From a virus (taxonomy: Duplodnaviria > Heunggongvirae > Uroviricota > Caudoviricetes), in the IMG/VR virus record IMGVR_UViG_2636415477_000009, positions 1 to 28,026 of that record: a DNA stretch of 28,026 nucleotides; one strand, given 5' to 3'. Each line of letters begins with the position of its first letter. The first letter of the stretch is position 1. A model generated the notes under the pieces. That model searched no databases and had not been told where the DNA came from. It saw only the letters and a list, made by a program, of their open reading frames with translations. The translations under genes were made by a program, and so were the position numbers. Below are positions 1 to 8,740 of the stretch, one piece after another.

Positions 1-1215
1 TTATTTTTCAACCTCTGACAGGGGTAAGTAATGAGATGTCTGTAATGTCAAACTCTCTATCTCAAAGGAAATGTTGCTGATATTTTGACCTGCAAATTGC
101 GGATGCCACTCAGCGCCAGGGAATAACATTTCCGCAGAAGTAGCAACTATAGGGTCAATAGCATTAAGATAATGTAACTTATCAGGTGCGCTGTGTAACA
201 GTAACCACTGCAACTCCACTGAAGGATTTGTAAAATGTTCTAATAAATGAAAGTTATTATGTAGTACGCTTAGTAAAAAACTGGTTTCGTATACTTCCGT
301 TACATATTTCCACCCCTGATATTCAGGTGTATTTTCATAAACAATACCCATACCTTCACAATCACTATGTCGAACTGCTTGTGGTGATAATAGTTGCAAA
401 AGAGACAAAACATCGTCCGCATATTTTTTAACTGGATGACGATTTTGCTTACCTTTTATTTGATCAATTTCAAGTGAATCACCAACAACATTGAGAGCAA
501 TAGTAACATGAGGAATATTATTATTATCACGCAAACTGAATAACCGTAATTTATGTTGCTCAATTTGATTTGCATAATACTCACCATAACCACCGGTAAG
601 ATTTTTTCGATCATCAAACTGGCCTACGCAATGTTGCATATGCCATGATTCATAAGCCATTTCACGACGAAGGTTCGAATGACTGGCATCAAACTCAACA
701 ATTTTTCCGTCTGGCACATCAAGTATTGACTTTACAGTATTTTGTTCACTCGGCTGCCACCCTTTCTCGCGTCGTTGAAGCATCTTTTCATGCTCTTCTT
801 CACGCATTCTGAACGCAACGTAGCAGGTTATGCGCTGTAGTTTTGATTCCAGACGGGTACCACATTTCCTGGAAAGAAATTCCACCAACTCCCGTTCTTT
901 GGTTAATATTTGTTGATGATCGGTTTCGATATAATAAAGTGTCGCAGTTGATACTGAGGCAGTATTAAACTTCGATACCAGCCATTCCGGGATTACATCA
1001 TCATTTTTATTAAACAGTGAATATTCTGCAAGCGAGTTAATTTGTTGCACCATTGGAAAGTCACTAATTAGCCATCGATAAAAATGGTTGAGTAACCATT
1101 TTTGGATGGTCTCATTATCCTGGCGAAACAGACTTCTTTGCAAAATTGCTGTTTTTACTTCCGGGGCATTAATTACATCCCTTGCATTATAATTCTGGTG
1201 AATATTTCCAGTCAT
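1..1215 (-). CDS. Hypothetical 404-aa protein, AT-rich, likely horizontally acquired; function unassigned
   Basis: Complete ORF (ATG at 1215, stop at 1..3). Markedly AT-rich compared with neighbouring yegQ. Lies where K-12 has yegP, as I recall. No Walker A or other motif I can assign with confidence. Confidence 0.55.
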   Translation of the reverse strand: MTGNIHQNYNARDVINAPEVKTAILQRSLFRQDNETIQKWLLNHFYRWLISDFPMVQQINSLAEYSLFNKNDDVIPEWLVSKFNTASVSTATLYYIETDHQQILTKERELVEFLSRKCGTRLESKLQRITCYVAFRMREEEHEKMLQRREKGWQPSEQNTVKSILDVPDGKIVEFDASHSNLRREMAYESWHMQHCVGQFDDRKNLTGGYGEYYANQIEQHKLRLFSLRDNNNIPHVTIALNVVGDSLEIDQIKGKQNRHPVKKYADDVLSLLQLLSPQAVRHSDCEGMGIVYENTPEYQGWKYVTEVYETSFLLSVLHNNFHLLEHFTNPSVELQWLLLHSAPDKLHYLNAIDPIVATSAEMLFPGAEWHPQFAGQNISNISFEIESLTLQTSHYLPLSEVEK

Positions 1216-1702
1216 AACATCCGCCCGTGTTTATTATATCACTCAAAGCAATAATTGTTGACTATAGATTTTTTATCTAAATCAGCATGGTTGCAGGTAC
1301 ATACTCAAGTAAGCCACTCAAGAAAATAACGTAAACTCAATAGTGGCAGCGTCACAAACTTTGGAAATTATGTCTTATATTTGCAGTTTATTTTAGTGAA
1401 TAATTGAGATAAATGACATTATTTTACATCCTCAATAATTCAGGCTGTAAGAGGACGGCAAATACATTCATAATTATCAGGGGATGAACATTCAGGAAAG
1501 TAGTCAGTATCGTCAACTTTTTCTTTTATCACTACATGAAGATTTCGTGTAGATACTCCCATCTCTGCCACTTCTCCCCTCACATTTACACTGGAGCTAA
1601 ACCCGCCGATTGCGCTACAATGCCCGCCCTTAAAGTGGGGGCACTCCCCTAACCGCTTCATCAGGTGAAGCGGCTCTGACCTGTCATCAGAACGAGAGAA
1701 TT

Positions 1703-3064
1703 ATGTTTAAACCGGAACTCCTTTCCCCGGCGGGAACGCTGAAAAATATGCGTTACGCTTTCGCTTATGGCGCAGATGCTGTTTATGCGGGCCAGCCGCG
1801 TTACTCCCTGCGTGTGCGCAACAACGAATTCAACCACGAAAATCTTCAGCTCGGCATCAATGAAGCCCACGCGCTGGGGAAAAAGTTTTATGTCGTGGTC
1901 AACATTGCACCGCACAACGCCAAGCTGAAAACCTTTATCCGTGACCTGAAACCGGTGGTGGAAATGGGGCCGGATGCGCTGATTATGTCCGATCCAGGGC
2001 TGATTATGCTGGTGCGTGAGCACTTCCCGGAAATGCCAATCCACCTCTCGGTACAGGCTAACGCCGTAAACTGGGCGACGGTAAAATTCTGGCAGCAAAT
2101 GGGTCTGACCCGCGTGATCCTCTCTCGCGAACTGTCACTGGAAGAGATTGAAGAGATCCGCAATCAGGTACCGGATATGGAGATCGAAATCTTCGTTCAC
2201 GGCGCGCTGTGCATGGCCTACTCCGGTCGCTGCCTGCTCTCTGGCTATATCAACAAGCGCGACCCGAACCAGGGCACCTGCACCAACGCCTGCCGCTGGG
2301 AATATAACGTCCAGGAAGGGAAAGAAGATGACGTTGGCAACATCGTACACAAGTACGAGCCGATTCCGGTGCAAAATGTTGAGCCGACGCTGGGTATCGG
2401 CGCACCAACCGACAAAGTGTTTATGATCGAAGAAGCCCAGCGTCCGGGCGAGTATATGACCGCGTTTGAAGATGAGCACGGCACTTACATCATGAACTCG
2501 AAAGATCTGCGCGCCATCGCCCATGTTGAACGCCTGACCAAAATGGGCGTGCATTCGCTGAAAATCGAAGGCCGTACCAAATCTTTCTACTATTGCGCAC
2601 GCACCGCGCAGGTTTACCGTAAAGCTATCGATGACGCCGCTGCGGGCAAACCGTTCGATACCAGCCTGCTGGAAACGCTGGAAGGTCTGGCGCATCGTGG
2701 CTATACCGAAGGTTTCCTGCGTCGTCATACCCACGACGATTATCAGAACTACGAATACGGTTATTCGGTTTCTGACCGCCAGCAGTTTGTTGGTGAGTTT
2801 ACCGGTGAGCGCAAGGGGGACCTCGCGGCGGTAGCGGTGAAAAATAAATTCTCCGTTGGCGACAGCCTTGAGCTGATGACGCCGCAAGGCAACATTAACT
2901 TTACCCTTGAGCATATGGAAAACGCCAAAGGTGAAGCTATGCCGGTCGCACCAGGCGATGGTTATACTGTGTGGCTCCCGGTGCCGCAGGATCTTGAGCT
3001 AAATTACGCGCTGCTGATGCGTAATTTCTCCGGGGAAACCACGCGTAACCCCCACGGTAAGTGA
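1703..3064 (+). CDS. yegQ: Peptidase U32-family protein YegQ/RlhA (23S rRNA hydroxycytidine synthesis factor)
   Basis: 453-aa ORF whose sequence (MFKPELLSPAGTLKNMRYAFAYGADAVYAGQPRYSLRV...) matches my recollection of E. coli YegQ; conserved Cys-rich segment CLLSGYINKRDPNQGTCTNACRW. Confidence 0.9.
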   Translation: MFKPELLSPAGTLKNMRYAFAYGADAVYAGQPRYSLRVRNNEFNHENLQLGINEAHALGKKFYVVVNIAPHNAKLKTFIRDLKPVVEMGPDALIMSDPGLIMLVREHFPEMPIHLSVQANAVNWATVKFWQQMGLTRVILSRELSLEEIEEIRNQVPDMEIEIFVHGALCMAYSGRCLLSGYINKRDPNQGTCTNACRWEYNVQEGKEDDVGNIVHKYEPIPVQNVEPTLGIGAPTDKVFMIEEAQRPGEYMTAFEDEHGTYIMNSKDLRAIAHVERLTKMGVHSLKIEGRTKSFYYCARTAQVYRKAIDDAAAGKPFDTSLLETLEGLAHRGYTEGFLRRHTHDDYQNYEYGYSVSDRQQFVGEFTGERKGDLAAVAVKNKFSVGDSLELMTPQGNINFTLEHMENAKGEAMPVAPGDGYTVWLPVPQDLELNYALLMRNFSGETTRNPHGK

Positions 3065-3148
3065 TTAATTTCGATTATTTTTCCCGGATGGAAAATTCTT
3101 AGAAACCGATCACATACAGCTGCATTTATTAAGGTTATCATCCGTTTC

Positions 3149-3235
3149 GCTGAAAAACATAACCCATAAAATGCTAGCTGTACCAGGAACCACCTCCTTA
3201 GCCTGTGTAATCTCCCTTACACGGGCTTATTTTTT
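3149..3235 (+). ncRNA. cyaR: CyaR (RyeE) small regulatory RNA; its 3' terminator carries the prophage attachment core
   Basis: Sequence gctgaaaaacataacccataaaatgctagctgtaccaggaaccacctccttagcctgtgtaatctcccttacacgggcttatttttt matches the E. coli CyaR sequence as I remember it; ends in a hairpin plus U-run. Confidence 0.85.
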
Positions 3236-3236
3236 A
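3209..3236. repeat. Prophage attachment core, left copy (attL), 28 bp, inside the CyaR terminator
   Basis: aatctcccttacacgggcttatttttta at 3209..3236 is identical to 27354..27381; the two copies bracket the P2-like gene set. Confidence 0.8.
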
Positions 3237-3300
3237 CGCGTAATTCAATGAAATAAAAGGATTTATTTCTGGTCACGTCCACACATTGACCACATCGACA

Positions 3301-3329
3301 AAAAAGCCCCTCGACTGAGGGGCTTTCTG
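3301..3329 (-). terminator. Rho-independent terminator downstream of ogr
   Basis: Plus-strand aaaaaagcccctcgactgaggggctttct; on the minus strand this is a GC stem (gcccctc/gaggggc) followed by a T-run immediately 3' of the ogr stop. Confidence 0.6.
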
Positions 3330-3336
3330 TTTGTAA

Positions 3337-3555
3337 TTACATCCACATAATTTGCTGCCCTGACGGCAACGGGTGCGGCCTTACTGCGTGGACTTCTCCC
3401 GGCTTCACGATGTATCGCTGTACCGACTCATAAGTGATGAACGTGGCGCTGCAATTCACGTTCTGACACTGGTGATAACGCTCTTTTGTCGTGTCAGTGA
3501 TATAGCGACTTGTACGCGCATGTGCGGCATGCTGGCATAAAGGACAATGAAACAT
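3337..3555 (-). CDS. ogr: Ogr late-gene transcriptional activator (zinc finger)
   Basis: 72-aa product MFHCPLCQHAAHARTSRYITDTTKERYHQCQNVNCSATFITYESVQRYIV... matches P2 Ogr; Cys4 zinc finger. The tracked ORF extends upstream, but the conserved protein starts at the internal ATG at 3555. Confidence 0.9.
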   Translation of the reverse strand: MFHCPLCQHAAHARTSRYITDTTKERYHQCQNVNCSATFITYESVQRYIVKPGEVHAVRPHPLPSGQQIMWM

Positions 3556-3636
3556 CGCGAGCACCTCTTCCGGTTTTGTTGATGGTGCCATTTTAGTTAA
3601 TTTATCCTTACAAAACAAACAGATAAATAAAACACA

Positions 3637-3727
3637 TCATTCTTCATCTTCTGTTTCGTACTCCACATCAGAAAGCCTGACCTCAAGCTCCAAGGACGTC
3701 GTGAAGCCGCTATTATTCAGAAAATGT
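3637..3727 (-). pseudogene. Possible 3' remnant of tail gene D, cut by the IS element
   Basis: Minus-strand frame reads ...HGNTQVTHFLNNSGFTTSLELEVRLSDVEYETEDEE-stop, abutting the IS end. P2 has D immediately upstream of ogr and K-12 has a D fragment (yegZ) next to ogrK. Sequence identity to D not verified. Confidence 0.35.
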
Positions 3728-3818
3728 GTCACCTGCGTATTACCGTGAAGGAGATCGGTGAGTAACATCGATGGAGATCGGTTCGTGTCACTTTCACAGA
3801 ACCGTTTTTAAATTACCT

Positions 3819-4568
3819 TCACTGATCTCCTTCGGTCAACGGAGATTGTATTTTCCGCATTGATTCTCCTTTAAGTTCGATCTTGATACTGCCATGAACC
3901 AGTCGATCTAGGATGGCATCCGCATGTGTGGAGTCTCCGATCATTTTGTACCAGTTTTCCACCGGCAACTGGCTCACTACGATGATTGAGCCTCGTTGGT
4001 ACATCAGATCCACTATTTCCAGCAGGTCGCTACGCTGTTCTGATGAGAGAGGTTCCAGCCCCCAGTCATCCAGAAGCAGCAGATCGCTATTATTCAGCCT
4101 GGTCAAAAGTTTGCTGTATCTTCCATCAGCATGCCCCTGATAGCACTGTTCCATCAGCGCTTTAAGGCGATAATAGTAGACCTTGTATCCCTGTCGGCAG
4201 GCATTATGACCAAGTGCACATGCCAGGAACGTTTTACCGCTGCCGGTGGCCCCGGTCAGTAAAATATTTTGTTTCAGGGTTAACCAGTTTCCCTGACTGA
4301 GTGAACGGATGAGGGCCCTGTCCAGCCCTCTATTGTTACGATAATCCAGCTTTGATAACTCAGCATTAAGTCTGAACCGTGCATGTTTGATCAGACGCTC
4401 TGCCTTCCTGTTTTCACGGCAGGTTAGTTCTTCTGCTGTCAGTAATGACAGGCGTTCTTCGAAGCCCAGCTCCTGGTATGTGCCCGGCTGAGCAAGTTGC
4501 TTTTTAAGCGCATCACGGAAGCCGGTGAGTTTAAGTGCGGTCAGTTGTTCGTAAAGATGATTCATCAT
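3819..4568 (-). CDS. istB: IS21-family helper ATPase IstB
   Basis: 249 aa; Walker A LLTGATGSGKTFLACALG and Walker B LLLLDDWG; overall resemblance to IS21 IstB. Confidence 0.85.
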   Translation of the reverse strand: MMNHLYEQLTALKLTGFRDALKKQLAQPGTYQELGFEERLSLLTAEELTCRENRKAERLIKHARFRLNAELSKLDYRNNRGLDRALIRSLSQGNWLTLKQNILLTGATGSGKTFLACALGHNACRQGYKVYYYRLKALMEQCYQGHADGRYSKLLTRLNNSDLLLLDDWGLEPLSSEQRSDLLEIVDLMYQRGSIIVVSQLPVENWYKMIGDSTHADAILDRLVHGSIKIELKGESMRKIQSPLTEGDQ

Positions 4569-4579
4569 TGGATCCCGTA

Positions 4580-6121
4580 TCAGTGGTAATACTCACTGCC
4601 GCGTACGTTTTCGTGTTCCATCGTGGATAACAGATCTGGTTTTGGATCCTGAACAGGTTGTTTATCCAGACCTTTTTCCAGGATCGATTTAATACCTGAC
4701 AGACGCCATACCTTTGTTTTCAGAGCTCTTGCACATGCTGCATTAAGTCTGGCTTTACTGTATTTTTTATGAAGGTTCAGGAGTCCAAGGCAGAAGCGAT
4801 AGCTTTGTTCCGGATGTGGACGAGAGTTCAGTATATGAAGCACATAACTATGAGTTTCACTGCCTATGTGCCCCGCCCATTCCAGAAGACGCTCTGGCGT
4901 CCAGGTGGCATGCTGTCGATGAGCTTCAGGCATGTGCTCGTTGCGGGTACTGTAGCCATAAGTACGCTTGCGCGGGTGCACAGCAACCTCCTGCCCCTGA
5001 TTGAAGAGTCTTACCAGTTCTCCGGAGATCCATGCTTCCAGTTGCTGGCCTAACAGCGAACATGGAACCGAGTAGTAATGTTTGTCGATTTCCACGTGGT
5101 AATCGGCATGAACTCTGACTTTCTTCACCAGGGTGTAACTGTAACTGGCTTCAGGAAGAGGCTTCAGTGCGGGTTTATCAAGCTGGATGAAGAGTTCTGC
5201 ACGTGAATAACCCAACTTCTGCATTATTTTGTTATTCAGTCTTTCCAGCAACTCCCGAATGCGCTGATTAAGCGATGCAAGGCTGTAGAAGATCTCATGC
5301 CTGATTCGGGCCATGATCCAGCGTTCAACAACCTGAACGCCAACTTCAGCTTTGGCTTTATCTTTCGGTTTACGTGGCCGCGCAGGCAAAACTGCGACAT
5401 TATAATGCTCAAGCATCTGCTGGTAGGTAGGGTTAACGTCAGGATCATACTTACATGCCCTGGATGTGGCGCTTTTCAGATTGTCCGGAACAACAAGTTC
5501 AGGAACGCCACCCAACCACTGGAAGCAGCGAACATGACTCATCACCCAGTCTTCAAGCTGCTGAGACCAGGTGGCCTCTGCCCATGTGTAACTTGATGCC
5601 CCGAGAACAGCTACGATGACCTGAGCAGTTCTTATTTCTCCGGTCTCAGGGTCGGTAACGCCAACGGTAGGTCCACAGTAATCAACGAAAAGTTTTTCGC
5701 CAGCTTTATGTACCTGACGCATTGATGGTGAAGTGGTTTTGAGCCATTCACGGTACATCCGGCAGTAATGGTTATAGCTGTAAAAACCGCCTGGATTACG
5801 CTCACAGTATTCTTCCCAGAGTAGCTGCAGCGTCACGCATTTATTACGCAGTTCCCGGTGTACTGTAGCCCAGTCAGGCAGAGAGTGCTTCTTCATCTTA
5901 ACCTGGGTCTGAAGGAACGCATGTTTTAGTTTTGTATCATCCCATCCTGTAGGTAAGGGCCACTGCTTTATGCCAAGTTGAGCCGCCCGATTAGCATATC
6001 TGGATACAACGGAAGGGGAGATTGCAAGACTACGACCAATTTGTCGATGGCTGAGTCCAACACCGTATTTAAGCCTAAGAATTTCTTTAAGTTTTCTCAT
6101 AGAAATTGGAACTGTTGGCAT
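4580..6121 (-). CDS. istA: IS21-family transposase IstA
   Basis: 513 aa; N-terminal HTH (LSHRQIGRSLAISPSVVSRY) and an integrase-core-like middle region; sits 12 bp upstream of istB on the same strand. Confidence 0.8.
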   Translation of the reverse strand: MPTVPISMRKLKEILRLKYGVGLSHRQIGRSLAISPSVVSRYANRAAQLGIKQWPLPTGWDDTKLKHAFLQTQVKMKKHSLPDWATVHRELRNKCVTLQLLWEEYCERNPGGFYSYNHYCRMYREWLKTTSPSMRQVHKAGEKLFVDYCGPTVGVTDPETGEIRTAQVIVAVLGASSYTWAEATWSQQLEDWVMSHVRCFQWLGGVPELVVPDNLKSATSRACKYDPDVNPTYQQMLEHYNVAVLPARPRKPKDKAKAEVGVQVVERWIMARIRHEIFYSLASLNQRIRELLERLNNKIMQKLGYSRAELFIQLDKPALKPLPEASYSYTLVKKVRVHADYHVEIDKHYYSVPCSLLGQQLEAWISGELVRLFNQGQEVAVHPRKRTYGYSTRNEHMPEAHRQHATWTPERLLEWAGHIGSETHSYVLHILNSRPHPEQSYRFCLGLLNLHKKYSKARLNAACARALKTKVWRLSGIKSILEKGLDKQPVQDPKPDLLSTMEHENVRGSEYYH

Positions 6122-6235
6122 AGGTATCCTTTACCGGAATGGCAAAAGATACAGATCAACACACCTGTGAAGTTCCAATAACATTGATGGAGATCACTGA
6201 ATAACAAAATGAGTCAAAAGTGATCTCCATCGATG

Positions 6236-6946
6236 TTATTCAGCGATCTGTTCAAATGTTATTACCCGATCTCGATGGAAGTTATTGAGTGATCTCCTTT
6301 CATGAAAATACGCATGTGCAGTGTATTTCCCGTTAGCAAGGTCATATGCTGCTTTTACCGCTTTTGGTGTTGCGGCGAGTGTTTCAGACGTGCTGTTGGT
6401 CGCACTGCTTAACTGAGTAAAACCTTTTGCGGTCAAAGAAGCGTCCGGGTGACGTCGTGACTGTTCATGTTCTGCAATTTTGTCATCAACGTAATCCTGC
6501 GTTGCCATCACCGTTGTGGTGTCAATAGTCAGCTCCACTGAGGCCACACTGCTGACGATGATGACCATGCGGCAGGTCTGCGAACGCCCTGAGCCTTCGG
6601 CAAGGGCAGGTTTATAACTTTCGGCCATGTTCGCCACGGCAATTAACGTTCCCGCATCATCGTACAGGCCAAGCTCTCGCATCCAGAAACCGCCCACCTC
6701 CGGCGGAATAACCAGCTCTGCGATAATATAATTACTGTTTCGTTTGTCCTGGCTGATTTTGTTCAGCGCATGTCGCCAGACTTCATGGATAAGTCCGGTC
6801 TGTCCGGCATCCGGGACAGGCAATTTACCACCGCCATCCCCGACGGCCATCGTGGTAATGTTGACCTTCCGCCCTCCCGGTGCGGTTGCCGCTGCCAGCT
6901 TTGCTGCACCGGCAGTGGTGATAACGGTTCTGAATTTTGTGCTCAT
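6236..6946 (-). pseudogene. Truncated tail fibre gene H (N-terminal ~210 codons) reading into the IS end
   Basis: N-terminus MSTKFRTVITTAGAAKLAAATAPGGRKVNITTMAVGDGGGKLPVPDAGQTGLIHEVWRHALNK... matches P2 gpH, which is about 669 aa. After ...DLANGKYTA the frame runs into IS inverted-repeat sequence and stops at 6236. Confidence 0.75.
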
Positions 6947-6956
6947 TATTCCTCAC

Positions 6957-7487
6957 TTATCCGGGGTAAACCGTAATTACATCGCCGTCGTAAGCCACAC
7001 CACCGGCGAACAGGTAGCCGGGAATGTCCCGGGTAATGTTCAGGCCAATAAGGTGACGGCTTGCAGGTTTGGCATCAGCAATCAGCCGTTCCATTTCCTG
7101 ATACATTGCCTCTGTGATGCCACTTTCCAGTACACCAATATCAAGCCGGAAGGTGCCGGGCGGGTCACTGTTTTCCCACCACTCCGTCACGTTGATGAGA
7201 TAGCCGAGCGGCTCCACCACACGCCGGATTGCACCTATAGTGCCTTTATGACAGTGGATGAAATACGCATCGCGGATAACGGCGCGTTTTGTCGCTTCCG
7301 GCCACTTCTCATCCCACCTGTCGACCGAAAACGCCCACGCCAGCCACGGCAGCAAATTTGCCGGACAGGTATCCGGGTTCCACAGCTCACGAATACTGAC
7401 CGGCGTTTTTTCAATTTCCGCACAGGCTTTTGCGGCGGAGACCTCAAGCGGTGATGAGCCGGTCGGCAGCAGTCGCGAATCACTCAT
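6957..7487 (-). CDS. Baseplate/tail protein gpI
   Basis: 176 aa; matches P2 gpI by sequence and by position between H and J. Confidence 0.8.
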   Translation of the reverse strand: MSDSRLLPTGSSPLEVSAAKACAEIEKTPVSIRELWNPDTCPANLLPWLAWAFSVDRWDEKWPEATKRAVIRDAYFIHCHKGTIGAIRRVVEPLGYLINVTEWWENSDPPGTFRLDIGVLESGITEAMYQEMERLIADAKPASRHLIGLNITRDIPGYLFAGGVAYDGDVITVYPG

Positions 7488-8388
7488 CCGAGCCTCCGGT
7501 CACAACGCGGTATTCGGTACAGAAAGACGCCTGCGTACTGTTGAGCACGATGTCGGCCAGCGGTGCAGCCAGTTCGACACGCTGCACGCCTTCCACATGC
7601 AAAGCGGCATAAATGGCAGACAGACGGATGTCGCGCCCCAGCCGGTGCTGTGCCGTGATATATGCTTCCAGTTTTTTCACGGCGGCCGCGCGGATGGGTT
7701 CGCTTTCGGGACCAGGGTAAAGGTAAAGCGTGGCGTTTATCTGGTATTCAACAATGGCGGCAGACTGCACGGTCACGCGGTCGGCCACCGGTCTGACGTC
7801 CTCGCCATTAAGGGCGTTACGCACCACGGCCAGCAGGTCTTCGGATGCGACGCCGTTATTTTCACGTGACAGCACGGAGATGGTGACGCAGGCCGGAGAC
7901 GGACTGGTGACAGAGATATCCGCGACGCGCCCGTCGGCACTGCGACCATGATACTGATAGGCACCCACCGACCCGGCGACGCTTAAACCCTCAAACGCCT
8001 GCTGAATACGCAGACGATAATCGGTGTCAGACTCCATCACTGCCGGTGTCGGCGGGATGGTCGAATCATCTGCCGGGGTGATAATCAGGCGCGTGGTGTT
8101 GTAATTGGCACCAATCACATCAAGGTCATTACCGGCGGCACAGGCCAGCATTACCGCCCGTGCGGCCTCATTCACACGCTGACGCCAGATAAGCTCACGA
8201 TAAGCATTTTCCTCCAGCAGTTTGACGAGAGGCTCAGATTCCAGCGTCAGGGTACGGGCGACCGCCTCCTGCTGGTCTTCCGGGTAAAGGGAAATCAGTG
8301 TCGCCTTGCGTTCGGCGAGAATGGTTTCAAAGTCCAGCTCCTCGACCACATCCGGTGCGGGTAGCTGGTTCAGGTCGATAATCGGCAT
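7480..8388 (-). CDS. Baseplate assembly protein gpJ
   Basis: 302 aa; MPIIDLNQLPAPDVVEELDFETILAERKATLISLYPEDQQ... matches P2 gpJ. Confidence 0.85.
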   Translation of the reverse strand: MPIIDLNQLPAPDVVEELDFETILAERKATLISLYPEDQQEAVARTLTLESEPLVKLLEENAYRELIWRQRVNEAARAVMLACAAGNDLDVIGANYNTTRLIITPADDSTIPPTPAVMESDTDYRLRIQQAFEGLSVAGSVGAYQYHGRSADGRVADISVTSPSPACVTISVLSRENNGVASEDLLAVVRNALNGEDVRPVADRVTVQSAAIVEYQINATLYLYPGPESEPIRAAAVKKLEAYITAQHRLGRDIRLSAIYAALHVEGVQRVELAAPLADIVLNSTQASFCTEYRVVTGGSDE

Positions 8389-8392
8389 GGTT

Positions 8393-8740
8393 TCAACTCA
8401 CAGGGATGGTTAACGAAAGTGGCTGGCCGGTGTCGTTGTGCTGGCCGGTTAACGTGACCGTCATTCGCCCGTCAAAACTGCGCTCAGTGGTGACGGATGA
8501 CAGGGTGACGCGGGGTTCCCATTTCAGCACTGCCATGTAACAGGCGACCTTAATCTGCAACTCAAGCGCCGGAGTCTGCGGCTGGTCAATCATTGACGCC
8601 AGCAACGAGCCGTAATCACGACGCATCACCCGTGAGCCGACCGGTGTGCGCAGGATATCGCCGATACTCTGGCTGATATGCTCAAGGTCAGTGACCGTCA
8701 GGCCATCACTGCGATTCATTCCGAGATAACGCGCTGTCAT
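8393..8740 (-). CDS. Baseplate wedge protein gpW (gp25-like)
   Basis: 115 aa; matches P2 gpW; sits between V and J. Confidence 0.85.
   Translation of the reverse strand: MTARYLGMNRSDGLTVTDLEHISQSIGDILRTPVGSRVMRRDYGSLLASMIDQPQTPALELQIKVACYMAVLKWEPRVTLSSVTTERSFDGRMTVTLTGQHNDTGQPLSLTIPVS

Larger units (their letters stand above)
3728..6318 (-). mobile_element. IS21-family insertion sequence (istA + istB); boundaries approximate
   Basis: Two-gene istA/istB arrangement. Imperfect terminal inverted repeats: left 3730..3766 (cacctgcgtattaccgtgaaggagatcggtgagtaac) against the reverse complement of 6281..6318 (cacatgcgtattttcatgaaaggagatcactcaataac). Ends good to about +/-10 bp. Confidence 0.7.

Noticed and set aside
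1440-1661. 73-aa Cys-rich minus-strand ORF immediately upstream of yegQ
   Set aside because: Overlaps the likely yegQ promoter and a hairpin (ccgcttca-tcagg-tgaagcgg); no convincing ribosome-binding site; composition resembles conserved intergenic DNA rather than the AT-rich orphan gene. Probably not coding.
1661-2914. Several minus- and plus-strand ORFs (145, 91, 259, 92, 79, 67 aa) inside yegQ
   Set aside because: All lie antisense or out of frame within a well-supported conserved gene; typical spurious ORFs in GC-rich coding sequence.
3065-3148. CRP-binding site in the cyaR promoter
   Set aside because: CyaR is known to be CRP-activated and a TCACA half-site is present near 3109..3113, but the partner half-site is poor (ttaga) and I cannot place the site confidently by eye, so it is not reported as a feature.
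3209-3236. Possibility that the integration target is a tRNA gene
   Set aside because: No tRNA-like cloverleaf; the repeat lies at the 3' end of a sequence matching the sRNA CyaR, which is the expected P2-type site at this locus.
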